This document shows, piece after piece, positions 11,129 through 20,773 of a stretch of 64,000 bases of DNA; within the stretch, counting starts at the first letter, position 1; every line of letters begins with the position of its first letter. The notes under the pieces were generated by a model. It worked only from the letters and a program-made list of their open reading frames with translations, was not told the DNA's origin and ran no database searches. Where the stretch lies: NCBI GenBank assembly GCA_017630405.1, contig JAGBVH010000025.1, positions 12,352 to 76,351 on the forward strand. Reading direction: 5' to 3'. Position numbers and translations under genes: made by a program. This stretch comes from Alphaproteobacteria bacterium (GTDB taxonomy: Bacteria > Pseudomonadota > Alphaproteobacteria > Rs-D84).

Positions 11129-11722
11129 TTATTGATATGAAGAACACAATTCTTCTGTGCCATCTTCATCACAACTAAAGAAACATTTATCATCATAACG
11201 ATATGTTCCAACATCGTCCGAAAAATACCCCGCTGGGACAAAACAATCTTCGATAGAATCCGCATCTGCACCACTATTTGCCAGTGCTTCTTCTGTCAAA
11301 GTCGCACAACTGTAGCAAACATCATCTTTTTTAAAATATCCCAAGGCGCAGGAAACGGAATTCCCATCATCACCACCGGAATCCCCCCCATCTTCCGAAG
11401 GAAAATAACAAGAAGACTCAAGCCAATATGCATAATTTACTCCTTCTATGTCATTTTCAGTGTCTTCCTTGACATAATCTTCATAACATGTAAATTTCAT
11501 CAACTGATTCGCATCATCATTACATGTACAAACAACAGTTTGGCCATTTGAAAAAGAACCACTAGCACCAGAATTATAATCTCCATAATCAAGGCATTCT
11601 ACAGAATCATCTGTGTAACTGTTAGTACAAGTAAGATACTGATTCCCCGCCGCATACAACCTTGAAACCGGCAACATTGAAACAGAAAACACCGTTATGA
11701 AATAAGAACGTCTCATTCGCAA
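11129..11722 (-). CDS. Secreted acidic cysteine-rich protein
   Basis: Probable signal peptide, about 13 Cys, CALGYFKKDDVCYSC module, D/E-rich. Confidence 0.7.
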   Translation of the reverse strand: MRMRRSYFITVFSVSMLPVSRLYAAGNQYLTCTNSYTDDSVECLDYGDYNSGASGSFSNGQTVVCTCNDDANQLMKFTCYEDYVKEDTENDIEGVNYAYWLESSCYFPSEDGGDSGGDDGNSVSCALGYFKKDDVCYSCATLTEEALANSGADADSIEDCFVPAGYFSDDVGTYRYDDKCFFSCDEDGTEELCSSYQ

Positions 11723-11957
11723 TCCTTTATTATCTCCACTAAATCACCACATTCTGCGGCAATTACCTGGGCACAAAAGTCAACACAGATACATCTGCAT
11801 TATATCCAAATAACCCTAAACTTATAATATTACTTTGGAATCCTTCCTTACCCATATTACAACATATCGCCATAACAAAGATTATTATAACCGATAACTT
11901 TAAACTATGCAACACCAAGATAAAAATTATTTTAACAAAAACAAAAACGAAAAGTTT

Positions 11958-12058
11958 TTGTCATCCTGCTGCCCCACCCCAGGCCCCAGGTCATAAAATC
12001 TTTTTTTGTGCGCGTGCGCGCAAAACCTGGATTCTGCCATCAAGTGGCAGAATGACAA
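11958..12058. repeat. Palindromic MITE/RPE-like element, copy A
   Basis: Termini TTGTCATCCTG / CAGAATGACAA; inner CCCAGGT...ACCTGG; right hairpin ATTCTGCCA-tcaag-TGGCAGAAT; related copy at 45368. Confidence 0.7.
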
Positions 12059-12146
12059 TTTCACAGAAATTGTTTTTATTATTCCTTTATCATAATAAAA
12101 AAATGCGCAATGCGCATTTAATTATCAACGATAAAAAACAAACACA

Positions 12147-12413
12147 TTATTCAACCCAAATCATAGCATTTGTAGATTGAACAGCACCGTTTACCTTGTA
12201 CGGAATTTCACCCAATTTTGCAACACCCTTGGCATCAATGCTAGCAGAAGCAACAGCAATCTTGCGATCACTTGAAATCGTTACTGTGCTGTTTGCAGCA
12301 GTATATGTCGAAACGCGATCAACATATGTTTTGCCAGCAATTTCTGCATGTGCCGTAACCATCATCAAAACAGGCATCAAAATCGCGGTAAAAAGAATCC
12401 GTTTAGCAGACAT
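12147..12413 (-). CDS. Small secreted fibre-family protein (C-terminal IWVE)
   Basis: Signal peptide AHA|EIAGKTYVD; ends MIWVE. Confidence 0.75.
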   Translation of the reverse strand: MSAKRILFTAILMPVLMMVTAHAEIAGKTYVDRVSTYTAANSTVTISSDRKIAVASASIDAKGVAKLGEIPYKVNGAVQSTNAMIWVE

Positions 12414-12498
12414 GTTATTCTTTATCTGTTGTATTAAATGAACACTATCCGGTGGGGGATGGACATACCACCCCCACCAAGTTTTTTATATCACACAA

Positions 12499-13677
12499 TT
12501 AGCGTGCAATTACTTCCCATTCTGGTGTAACTGCATTTGTAGAAGCATTATACTTCATAACCAAAGTACAATCGCGTGTCAGTTCACCATTTGCATTTTT
12601 TTCAGCACATGTTGCTGGAACCGTTGGAATTGTACCAAATGCTTCAACTTTTGCAAAACCAGCTGCAATTGTGCCACCAGCAGTATAATTAGCTGCATCT
12701 GTCGCTGTTGTCGCTGTTGCCGCATTACCAGAGTAAGATGTAATTGCTGCCACAGTACCATCAGCACCTACAAAAACAGGCACTGTTGCACTACCAACTG
12801 CTTGCGAACCACTATACTTAACGGCTGTTACTTTATCCTGTTTCTTAGCAAACTCTGATGCGATACCACCTTCCGCAGTGTAATTTACCGCCGCTGTAGC
12901 CTTGTTTACACTCAAGCTCGAAACATCGTCAACATCAACTTTTTTATCCAAAGCATCCTTAATCACACCAGATTCTGTTGCTGTATTGATAGTTGTAGTA
13001 ACTTGGGCACCTGTCTGATAGTTTGCATCATTTTCAAAGGCGCTAACCTGTGTTGGCAAATCCTCCGTGTCAAGTTTAGTATTATCCAAATCTTGGATAG
13101 CATTATTTATACCTGGAATTGTGGTAGTATTCAATGTTCCAATTGCAGCAGCATTACCGCTTGCAGTAGTTGCAGCTGTATTGATTTTCTCAGCCAATGT
13201 AGTGTTCAAATCACCTTCAGCAACTGTACCATCCAAGATCTGAGTAGTAGTAACAGAGCCTGTACCCAATTCCAAATTACCACCTGCGACACTAGTAACA
13301 CGAGCATCCAAGTCATTAACAGCTGTTGTCAAAGCGCCCTTTTCTTTAGCATATGACCCTTCAGCAAAAGTACCGATTTGTGTATTATGTTGCTGAATAG
13401 ATTGTCCTTGAGCAGTAATCTGTCCCTGCAAATTTTCTTGAAGACCCGCAACTTCTTGGTCTGTTGCCATATCCTTGATAGCAATCCCAACCCAAGTCTG
13501 TGTTGCCATGTCGGTTGTAGCTGTTTTAATGGCTGTGTCGATGTTACCACCTGACGCCAAACCAGTTGTTACGGCACCCGCCGCCGTCTTGTCAACATAA
13601 GTTGTGGATGCGATATCCGCGTTTGCTGCCGAAACAGCCATAATTGCCAATACTGACACTGTTACGATTTTTTTCAT
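12499..13677 (-). CDS. Secreted tail-fibre-like protein
   Basis: Signal ANA|DIASTTYVD; GSVTTTQILDGTV, VSAFENDANY and GSATVPVFV modules; Thr/Ala-rich. Confidence 0.8.
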   Translation of the reverse strand: MKKIVTVSVLAIMAVSAANADIASTTYVDKTAAGAVTTGLASGGNIDTAIKTATTDMATQTWVGIAIKDMATDQEVAGLQENLQGQITAQGQSIQQHNTQIGTFAEGSYAKEKGALTTAVNDLDARVTSVAGGNLELGTGSVTTTQILDGTVAEGDLNTTLAEKINTAATTASGNAAAIGTLNTTTIPGINNAIQDLDNTKLDTEDLPTQVSAFENDANYQTGAQVTTTINTATESGVIKDALDKKVDVDDVSSLSVNKATAAVNYTAEGGIASEFAKKQDKVTAVKYSGSQAVGSATVPVFVGADGTVAAITSYSGNAATATTATDAANYTAGGTIAAGFAKVEAFGTIPTVPATCAEKNANGELTRDCTLVMKYNASTNAVTPEWEVIAR

Positions 13678-13795
13678 TTTTTTTCCTTTCTTTCTTGTCT
13701 TGTTTTTTTTTGGTTTTTTAGTTTTTTTTCCTTAAAACTCTTGTCTTGTTATGCTGTCCCCCAACCCCAAAGTCAGGGGAACGGCATATTTTTAA

Positions 13796-15190
13796 TTAGA
13801 ACTGTTCAACACCGTCAACAACGGCACGTTCGATCTGTTCCCAGTAATATGTTGCACCGGCTTCTGTTTTATCAGCGGTCAAAACATATTTACCATATGC
13901 AGCATCGGATGCTGTCAATGATGGAATATCAACCTTTGATTCCAATCCAGATTCGATTGTACCACCAGAAGCATAATCAGAAGCGGTTGTCGCTTTTGCA
14001 ACTTCTGTTACCGCAACTGGCTGGCCATCGGTACCAATATAAACTGGGGTATCAGTCGAACCAGCAGCATTCAATTTATCCTGTTTATCCGCCAATGCTT
14101 CAGTTACTGTACCCTGATATTCTGTCAATGTCGTAGTATCAACCTTGCCAGCCAATGCCTGACCAATTACACCATCTTCAGCTGTCACAGCATTTGAAAT
14201 CGCTGTTTCAACTTCTGCATCTGTCGCCATATCTTTTGTTGCTTCACCAATCGCTGTTTGAACCTGACCGGCATCCTGATAACCAGCATTTGTGATTTCA
14301 GTCTTGGTCGCGTATGTCGTTGTGATTACATTACCTGCCGCATCTTTCTCTGCCGAGCCTGCTTCATCTGCATAAGCTGCTGCATCAGCTTCGCCTGCTT
14401 TTGTCGCATAATCAGCACTTGTTGCTTTTGCCGCTTCATCCGCACTGGCCGCTGTTGTAGCACTGTCTGCAGTATCAGCATGTGTTGCCGCCGCTACTTT
14501 TTCAATCGTATGTACTACGCCATTTGCATCGATATAGAAAGCATGTGATTCATCACCGGCGCTCTTCAACTTAGCAGCCGCAATTGCATTCGCTACTTCC
14601 GCGCCAGTCATTGTTTCTTCTTTTGTATAATAATTCGCTAATGCCCCTTCCAACTCTGTGGTATCAACATACTTTTCAACTACATCAACACCCAGCTTTT
14701 CCAACGTAACAGATTTGTCACCCAATTTATCAGCAGAAATTTCACCGCCAGCAATTGTTTCAACGCGTGTATTCAACGCATCAATAGCCTTGGTCAATGT
14801 GCCCAAACCTTCCTGTGAAACATAGCCAGACATATCACCAATCTTATCATCAACTGATTTAATACTTGCCTGCAAAGCCTTCAGGTCAATTTCATTACCT
14901 TGGGCATCAACGAATTTTTCTTGTAAATCCTCAATATCGCCTTCCAAAGCGGCTTTCAATTGTTCAACATCAATTGGGTTGCCTTCTGTATCATAAACTG
15001 CACCCTTCAACAGTTCTACAACTGCATCCAACGTTTCAACGTCTTGTTGCAATGTCGCCACTGTTTGCTGATCTGCCTTGGCACCCAACTGCTGATTCAC
15101 CCAGCCTGTGGATGCAACATTTGCATCTGCCGCCCCCATGGAGACCATCCCCAAAATACCGGCAAATATACCTGCTGTCATTTTTTTCAT
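13796..15190 (-). CDS. Secreted tail-fibre-like protein
   Basis: Signal ADA|NVASTGWVN; coiled coil; ISADKLGDKSVTLEKL, A-x-x-A-D repeats, DAAGNVITTTYATK, GSTDTPVYI. Confidence 0.8.
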   Translation of the reverse strand: MKKMTAGIFAGILGMVSMGAADANVASTGWVNQQLGAKADQQTVATLQQDVETLDAVVELLKGAVYDTEGNPIDVEQLKAALEGDIEDLQEKFVDAQGNEIDLKALQASIKSVDDKIGDMSGYVSQEGLGTLTKAIDALNTRVETIAGGEISADKLGDKSVTLEKLGVDVVEKYVDTTELEGALANYYTKEETMTGAEVANAIAAAKLKSAGDESHAFYIDANGVVHTIEKVAAATHADTADSATTAASADEAAKATSADYATKAGEADAAAYADEAGSAEKDAAGNVITTTYATKTEITNAGYQDAGQVQTAIGEATKDMATDAEVETAISNAVTAEDGVIGQALAGKVDTTTLTEYQGTVTEALADKQDKLNAAGSTDTPVYIGTDGQPVAVTEVAKATTASDYASGGTIESGLESKVDIPSLTASDAAYGKYVLTADKTEAGATYYWEQIERAVVDGVEQF

Positions 15191-15254
15191 TTTACTTTCC
15201 TTTCTTTCGTTTTTGTTAATTCTTGTTTACACCCACAAGGTTTTTTGATTTGAA

Positions 15255-16388
15255 TTACTCGTCCACTGTTGGCATCTGTAATTCAATCCACTTATATTCC
15301 GTCCCGTTATAGGTCAGAACACAAATTCCACTGATTCCGTCGCACGCACCAGGATTGGAAATCTTTCCTTCTAATGCATCTTCCACTGTCTTGATGCTTT
15401 CAGTCAGCGCACCAACAGAACCAACCAAGCCTGCTGTTGCATCCGTACCCAAAACAACATCTGTCAACGCATCCATATCCTTGTTCAAAGTTTCCAGATT
15501 TTCGGATGTCATCGCATTGTCGGCCTTGGCCTTCAATTCGTTAATCGCCGCAACGATTGATTTTGCTTCGGTCTGTAACTCACCAGCAACCGCTGATTCA
15601 ACACCCGCCAAACGATCTTCCATATCGGCCAAACCTTCGGCCAAACCTGGAATCATAACATCGTTCAGCTTCTCTTCCAATTCTGACAACTTGGCGGCCA
15701 TTTCGTCCAAATCACCAGTTTCAGGAACTGTAATCAAATCAACCCATTCACCTTCAGCATCCTTGTACTGAATATAACCGGTTTCAGTGTCGTATTGCAT
15801 TTCGACATTACCCGCCAACTGACCCGACAAATCGTCCTTAATATGTTCAACCAATGTTGGAACACTAAGTTCAAACTTAAAACCATCTTTACCTGGTTCA
15901 TCATCTGCGATAACAAAACCCGCATTATCTTCATCATCGGCAGCCGCAACAAAGCTTTGATGCAAATCAACAATCTGCTTCTGCAAAACTTCAATCGCCT
16001 GATTCAAACTATCAACACTGCCTGCCAATTCACCACTTACGTTATCGCCTTTGGAAATTGTAGAGCCACCAGCCGTCACCGCACCACCAAGATATTTACC
16101 AATAGACAAACGTGGCGTTGACGCAACGCGTGTGGATGTCGTATCCGTTGCTGTCGACTTAACCGAGCCCAAATTCGCAGCAGTACTGCGAACCGCACTT
16201 GCACGGACAGTCTTGGCCCCTGTTGACGAAGTCCCATTTGCCTTGGCCGCGGTTGCACTGGACACACCAGAATATGTCCCAGCACCCCCCAGAGAGCGTA
16301 CAGCCGGTGCAGCAAATGCAGGACTAAAAGTCGCAGCACACACCCCACACAACAAGGATAATAATGATATCTTTATTTCTTTTTTCAT
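15255..16388 (-). CDS. Secreted coiled-coil fibre-family protein
   Basis: Signal ending PAFA; S/T/A-rich N-region; heptad-like segments; C-terminal CVLTYNGTEYKWIEL; start at MKKEIK. Confidence 0.8.
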   Translation of the reverse strand: MKKEIKISLLSLLCGVCAATFSPAFAAPAVRSLGGAGTYSGVSSATAAKANGTSSTGAKTVRASAVRSTAANLGSVKSTATDTTSTRVASTPRLSIGKYLGGAVTAGGSTISKGDNVSGELAGSVDSLNQAIEVLQKQIVDLHQSFVAAADDEDNAGFVIADDEPGKDGFKFELSVPTLVEHIKDDLSGQLAGNVEMQYDTETGYIQYKDAEGEWVDLITVPETGDLDEMAAKLSELEEKLNDVMIPGLAEGLADMEDRLAGVESAVAGELQTEAKSIVAAINELKAKADNAMTSENLETLNKDMDALTDVVLGTDATAGLVGSVGALTESIKTVEDALEGKISNPGACDGISGICVLTYNGTEYKWIELQMPTVDE

Positions 16389-16467
16389 GACTCCCTTCCT
16401 GACATACATTTTATCATTTTTTGCGAATCGGGTCAAGACCTTTTATCCTACAGAAATCCAGCACTTT

Positions 16468-17178
16468 TTAAAATTCGTAACGAACACCTAATGAAATAGA
16501 ATTATCCAAAATCAAACCCATTTCATTTGTGAATTCAAATACGGTTTCATCATACACAAAATCACGCACATGTTCTGTACCACCAAAGACCGCCAAGCGA
16601 TAACGCAAATCCAATGTCAGATTATAATCCAGCTTGTATGCCCAACCCAACATTACGGCACCCATTGCCGACACTGCACGTTCACTACGATCCCCCGGCA
16701 CAAAATTCAGTGCATCAAGTTCCGTCTTAGGCAACGCAATACCCGCACCCAAACCAACATATAAACCATTTGTAAAATCATAATAACCATTGGCCAAAAC
16801 ATATGGAACAGTCATCTTAAATTCAACACCTTCATCCTGATCGTCAAACTGACCAATAATACCAGCTTCTACTTCCGCACGCCAAAAATAGTTAAATGTA
16901 TGACCAACAAAGAACGAACCACCGAATACAGACTCATAAGAATATTTGTCACTACTATACTCAGGCACTATATCCCCATAATCACTAGTATATTCATTTT
17001 CCCAATTCAGGAAACTTAATTCTGCACGACCACCAATATACCAACCTGTTTTCGCCTTGTCGTTATAATCATATGTAACATTATATCCACCGTCTTTGGT
17101 ACGCGACAAATAACTTGGCGCAGCAATTGCAGGTGTTGTCAAAGCCGCTAAAACAGCCAATGATACGATTTTTTTCAT
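16468..17178 (-). CDS. Outer-membrane beta-barrel protein (Omp25/Msp4/OmpA-TM-like)
   Basis: Signal MKKIVSLAVLAALTTPAIA; WRAEVE, ANGYYDF, YVGLGAG, LDLRYR; terminal LGVRYEF beta-signal. Confidence 0.85.
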   Translation of the reverse strand: MKKIVSLAVLAALTTPAIAAPSYLSRTKDGGYNVTYDYNDKAKTGWYIGGRAELSFLNWENEYTSDYGDIVPEYSSDKYSYESVFGGSFFVGHTFNYFWRAEVEAGIIGQFDDQDEGVEFKMTVPYVLANGYYDFTNGLYVGLGAGIALPKTELDALNFVPGDRSERAVSAMGAVMLGWAYKLDYNLTLDLRYRLAVFGGTEHVRDFVYDETVFEFTNEMGLILDNSISLGVRYEF

Positions 17179-17314
17179 GATAATCTCCCTTATTTTTCTG
17201 ATGCTAAGTATATCATAAATTCCCAACCAATCCAAACACAAAAAAATTGCTGTTGACGGCGCAAACAAAAATTTGCTAAACTCAAAGACAAAGAATATCG
17301 AAAGGGAAAATATT

Positions 17315-17710
17315 ATGAAAAAACTGTTACTTACATTAACTTTCCTGGGACTGGCCGCCTGCAGTGGCATACCAAGCAATATCGAAGGTCGTCAGGCTTA
17401 CTTCGCCTTTGACTCGGCCGAAATTTCCAAGGACGCAAAAAAAGAATTAACAAAACAGGCCCTGTATCTGAAAAAAAATCCAGATGTAAATATCACTGTT
17501 CAGGGGCGCTGTGACGAACGCGGAACAATCGAATATAATTTGGCACTTGGTGCGCTGCGTGCCGGCAATGCCGCACATGTCATGGTACACGAAGGCATCG
17601 AACCAGAACGCATCAAAACAATTTCCTATGGTAAAGAAAATCCTCTATACCCAGGGACCGGTGAAGAAGTTTGGGCAAAAAATCGTAATGCCACGACGGT
17701 CACAAAATAA
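17315..17710 (+). CDS. pal: Peptidoglycan-associated lipoprotein (OmpA-like domain)
   Basis: Lipobox LAAC; YFAFDS, GRCDERGTIEYNLALG, ISYGKENP. Confidence 0.9.
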   Translation: MKKLLLTLTFLGLAACSGIPSNIEGRQAYFAFDSAEISKDAKKELTKQALYLKKNPDVNITVQGRCDERGTIEYNLALGALRAGNAAHVMVHEGIEPERIKTISYGKENPLYPGTGEEVWAKNRNATTVTK

Positions 17711-17719
17711 GAAAAATTT

Positions 17720-17742
17720 AATCCGCCAATGGCGGATTTTTA
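17720..17742. terminator. Intrinsic terminator after pal
   Basis: AATCCGCC-aat-GGCGGATTTTT. Confidence 0.75.
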
Positions 17743-17778
17743 TTTGACCATAAAATCTTTTTTTACTATATTCAAATC

Positions 17779-18564
17779 ATGGAAGAAAAGACAGCTATAT
17801 CATTTGCAAAAGTTGCCGCAAAGTACGACAACGGACCTGAAATCCTGACTGATGTTTCTTTTAATATCAGTGGCGGCGGCTTTTATTTTTTATCGGGTGC
17901 GTCTGGTGCCGGTAAAACAACATTGTTGCGACTGATTTATCAGTTACACAAACCCTCACACGGCCAAATAAAACTTTTTGGTAAAATCACAAACGATATG
18001 ACGCGTGACGAAATCACACAAATCCGCCAAAAAATGGCCATCGTGTTTCAGGAATATTCCCTGTTGTCACACCTGTCGGTGTTTGACAATGTCGCCCTGC
18101 CCCTGCGCGTGCGTGGCGTGGCCGAGGTTAAGATAAAAAAACTGGTGGCCAAGGTCCTTGATTGGGTCGGACTTGGTAAATACGCCGATGCAAATCCCAA
18201 GGCCCTGTCCGGCGGTCAACAGCAACGCGTATCGGTTGCCCGCGCGATTATTGTTCAGCCTTCTATCCTGTTGGCGGACGAACCAACCGGAAACCTAGAC
18301 GATGAAAACGCATCCCGTCTGATGGAACTGTTTATCCAGATGAACAAAATGTTTGGCACGACTATTATTTTGGCCACACACAGCAAAAAAATTATGGACA
18401 CTTACAAGTTCCCTGTTATCAAGGTTGAAAATCATCGGATCTCATTTACCAGCACAGCCGCCGAACAGCCTAAGGCCGAAACAACCAAGATATGGAAAGG
18501 CCCAAAACCACAAAGTTATTTCTCGGAATTATCAAAACAATTTGACGACATCGGAAACGCATAA
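17779..18564 (+). CDS. ftsE: Cell-division ABC ATPase FtsE
   Basis: GASGAGKT, LSGGQQQRV, LLADEPTGNLD; upstream of ftsX. Confidence 0.9.
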   Translation: MEEKTAISFAKVAAKYDNGPEILTDVSFNISGGGFYFLSGASGAGKTTLLRLIYQLHKPSHGQIKLFGKITNDMTRDEITQIRQKMAIVFQEYSLLSHLSVFDNVALPLRVRGVAEVKIKKLVAKVLDWVGLGKYADANPKALSGGQQQRVSVARAIIVQPSILLADEPTGNLDDENASRLMELFIQMNKMFGTTIILATHSKKIMDTYKFPVIKVENHRISFTSTAAEQPKAETTKIWKGPKPQSYFSELSKQFDDIGNA

Positions 18565-19400
18565 TGAAAAAATCAACTGTATTTTCACTGGTTCACGACC
18601 AATCCATATTTATGACAATCATTATGGGATTGCTGACATTTTTATCTGTACTGGCATTGGGAATCGCACTGTCCATCGGAACGGGCGCAATGCGTTGGAA
18701 TTCCCAGTGGGAACTTTTTGCCACAATCCAGATTTCTAATCCCGAAAAAGTACAAGAAACAAAAAAAGTCATAACAGATAATTCCAGCCAAATTGATTCC
18801 ATTACCGAGGTCACTCAAAAACAAATGCAGGACTTAATGGCACCATGGATATCTGGCGGTGGCGTACTTAAAAATTATCTGCCACAAATGTGGGAAGTAA
18901 AATTTAAATCAAAATCAGATTTGGAATCTTTTGCTAAAAAATTACCATCCGAAGCCCGCTTTTTAACGCACGCAACCGCCCTCAAGGCCAGCACATCCGC
19001 CGGATGGAAAATGATTTTAATATCGACCTTTATTTTAATTTTGACATTGGGCGCAATCGGGGTTTGTATTTCCTATATCGCGCGAAACACCGCTATGTTG
19101 CATAAACGCGAATTGGAAATTCTAAATCAAATCGGCGCATCAGATAACTTTGTCGCCCGCCAAATGCAAATTATTGTGGCAAAAATATCAATCATCGCAT
19201 GCGGCGCAGGATTTTTGGCCGCGACACCAATATTACTACTTATTCTGGGTGCAGCACACAGCGCCCGCGTTGGCCTGATGGCTATGCTTGGCATATCGGG
19301 TACCGGTTGGTTTACATTGATGCTATTACCAATTTTGATAATCGTATTCTCTATATGGATTACCAAAAAGACAACTATTAAAATACTAGAAAACAGCTAA
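18564..19400 (+). CDS. ftsX: Cell-division permease FtsX
   Basis: Four TM segments, HKRELEILNQIGASDNFVAR motif, coupled to ftsE. Confidence 0.85.
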   Translation: MKKSTVFSLVHDQSIFMTIIMGLLTFLSVLALGIALSIGTGAMRWNSQWELFATIQISNPEKVQETKKVITDNSSQIDSITEVTQKQMQDLMAPWISGGGVLKNYLPQMWEVKFKSKSDLESFAKKLPSEARFLTHATALKASTSAGWKMILISTFILILTLGAIGVCISYIARNTAMLHKRELEILNQIGASDNFVARQMQIIVAKISIIACGAGFLAATPILLLILGAAHSARVGLMAMLGISGTGWFTLMLLPILIIVFSIWITKKTTIKILENS

Positions 19401-19909
19401 TGAAAAATCTTATCTTTCCACTTTTATTGCTTAGCCTGTTTGTATTTGGCGGAATGTTATTCAAACTTTCCGCGCCACGCAGTTGCGATATGATTTTACC
19501 AAACGACAGCATTTTCGTCCTGACCGGCGACCAGCGCAGAATCCCATTTGCGATGAAAACCGTAAACGAATACCCAAACACAGACCTTTATATAATCGGC
19601 GCGGGCGCCCCCAGCCCTTCGGATCTGACACGCCACGCAACGATTGAAACAAGTTCTAAATCCACATATCAAAACGCACTGGCAATAAAAAATATTGTCA
19701 CAGAAAAAAAATTAAACCGAATAGTCATAATCACGACCGAGGATCACTTGCCACGCGCCAAATTCCTTATAAAACAAGAACTGCCAAACACATATATCGT
19801 CACCTGCCCTGCCACATTACGTGGCATGCCGGTTACAAAAAGACTTGAACGCTGGACCATAGAATATATAAAATATATCGTCACATTGTTCGGAATCAAA
19901 GAAGGCTAA
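19400..19909 (+). CDS. YdcF/DUF218 family protein
   Basis: VLTGDQRRI, SKSTYQNA, ITTEDHLPRA, EYIKY; conserved ftsEX-ydcF-plsC order. Confidence 0.85.
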   Translation: MKNLIFPLLLLSLFVFGGMLFKLSAPRSCDMILPNDSIFVLTGDQRRIPFAMKTVNEYPNTDLYIIGAGAPSPSDLTRHATIETSSKSTYQNALAIKNIVTEKKLNRIVIITTEDHLPRAKFLIKQELPNTYIVTCPATLRGMPVTKRLERWTIEYIKYIVTLFGIKEG

Positions 19910-19928
19910 CAAACAAAGGGAAAGAAAA

Positions 19929-20636
19929 ATGATAAGAACCGCTTTATTTAAAATCGCATTACCAATTTATTTTGCATTATGGATGCCACTGTTGCTGATT
20001 GGGCTGGTTTCTAAACGTCTGTCACGCTTTTTTGTATTCACAGACGCTGCGGGCACATTGGTTTTGGCACGTCTGATTTGCGGAATCAAATACAAAATAC
20101 ATTATCCAACTGCTGATGATGCAGATGTACCACAATTGCCAAACGGCAACCTGCGCGAAGACGGCAAAGCAATTATCGCCGCAAAGCATATGTCCATTTT
20201 GGAAATCGCCGCCATATCCAAAGTTGTGCCAAATTCCTTCTTTATTATGAAACGCCAATTATTATGGATTCCTATTTATGGTTGGGCATTTTGGCGCTGT
20301 GGAATGTTAGGCGTAAATCGCGCACGCGGCAAAACAAATATGACTAAATTGGCCAACGACGTGGAAAAACGTGTTCTGGACGGATACACACTGGTCATCT
20401 TCCCAGAAGGCACTCGTGCCAAACCAGGCGAAAAAATTCCTTTGAAACGCGGCCTGCTGTTGTTGGCATATAAATTAAAATTACCAATTTTGCCAGTCGG
20501 CACAGACGCTGGTCTTTATTGGCCAAAACATGGCCGCATGCATCCTGGCACAGCCAATGTATATTTTGAACCACTGCTGCCATCAAACGCATCACTGGAC
20601 GAAATATCCGAAGCAATAAACCGCCACAGCGCATAA
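19929..20636 (+). CDS. plsC: 1-acyl-sn-glycerol-3-phosphate acyltransferase
   Basis: KHMSILE (HxxxxE variant of HX4D), IFPEGTR, LPILPV. Confidence 0.85.
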   Translation: MIRTALFKIALPIYFALWMPLLLIGLVSKRLSRFFVFTDAAGTLVLARLICGIKYKIHYPTADDADVPQLPNGNLREDGKAIIAAKHMSILEIAAISKVVPNSFFIMKRQLLWIPIYGWAFWRCGMLGVNRARGKTNMTKLANDVEKRVLDGYTLVIFPEGTRAKPGEKIPLKRGLLLLAYKLKLPILPVGTDAGLYWPKHGRMHPGTANVYFEPLLPSNASLDEISEAINRHSA

Positions 20637-20693
20637 AAAAAATCCCCCTTTGGGGATTTTTTAATTGGGCATAATTAAATTCTATGAAATAAA

Positions 20694-20740
20694 TTAGAAT
20701 GATTTAGACGCAGAACAGTCCCGACAACGAAGTGTACAGA
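20694..20740 (+). repeat. Structured repeat family, copy 1 (5' half only)
   Basis: TTAGAATGATTTAGAcgcagaacaGTCCCGACAACGaAGTGTAC, homologous to copy 4. Confidence 0.7.
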
Positions 20741-20773
20741 AGTTAGACGAACCAGCAAATATACCATCAGAAT

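Noticed and set aside
10382-11722. CBASS or MNT-HEPN operon
   Set aside because: No recognisable effector (patatin, TIR, SAVED, TM), E1/E2/JAB or HEPN gene adjacent
11723-11950. Small ORF upstream of the Cys-rich gene
   Set aside because: Only short frames (<60 aa) with no RBS or recognisable motif
12499-15190. Trimeric autotransporter adhesins (YadA-like)
   Set aside because: No C-terminal four-strand anchor ending in an aromatic residue and no YadA head repeats
12147-16388. Prophage or gene transfer agent tail region
   Set aside because: All genes have Sec signal peptides; no capsid, terminase, baseplate, integrase or lysis genes
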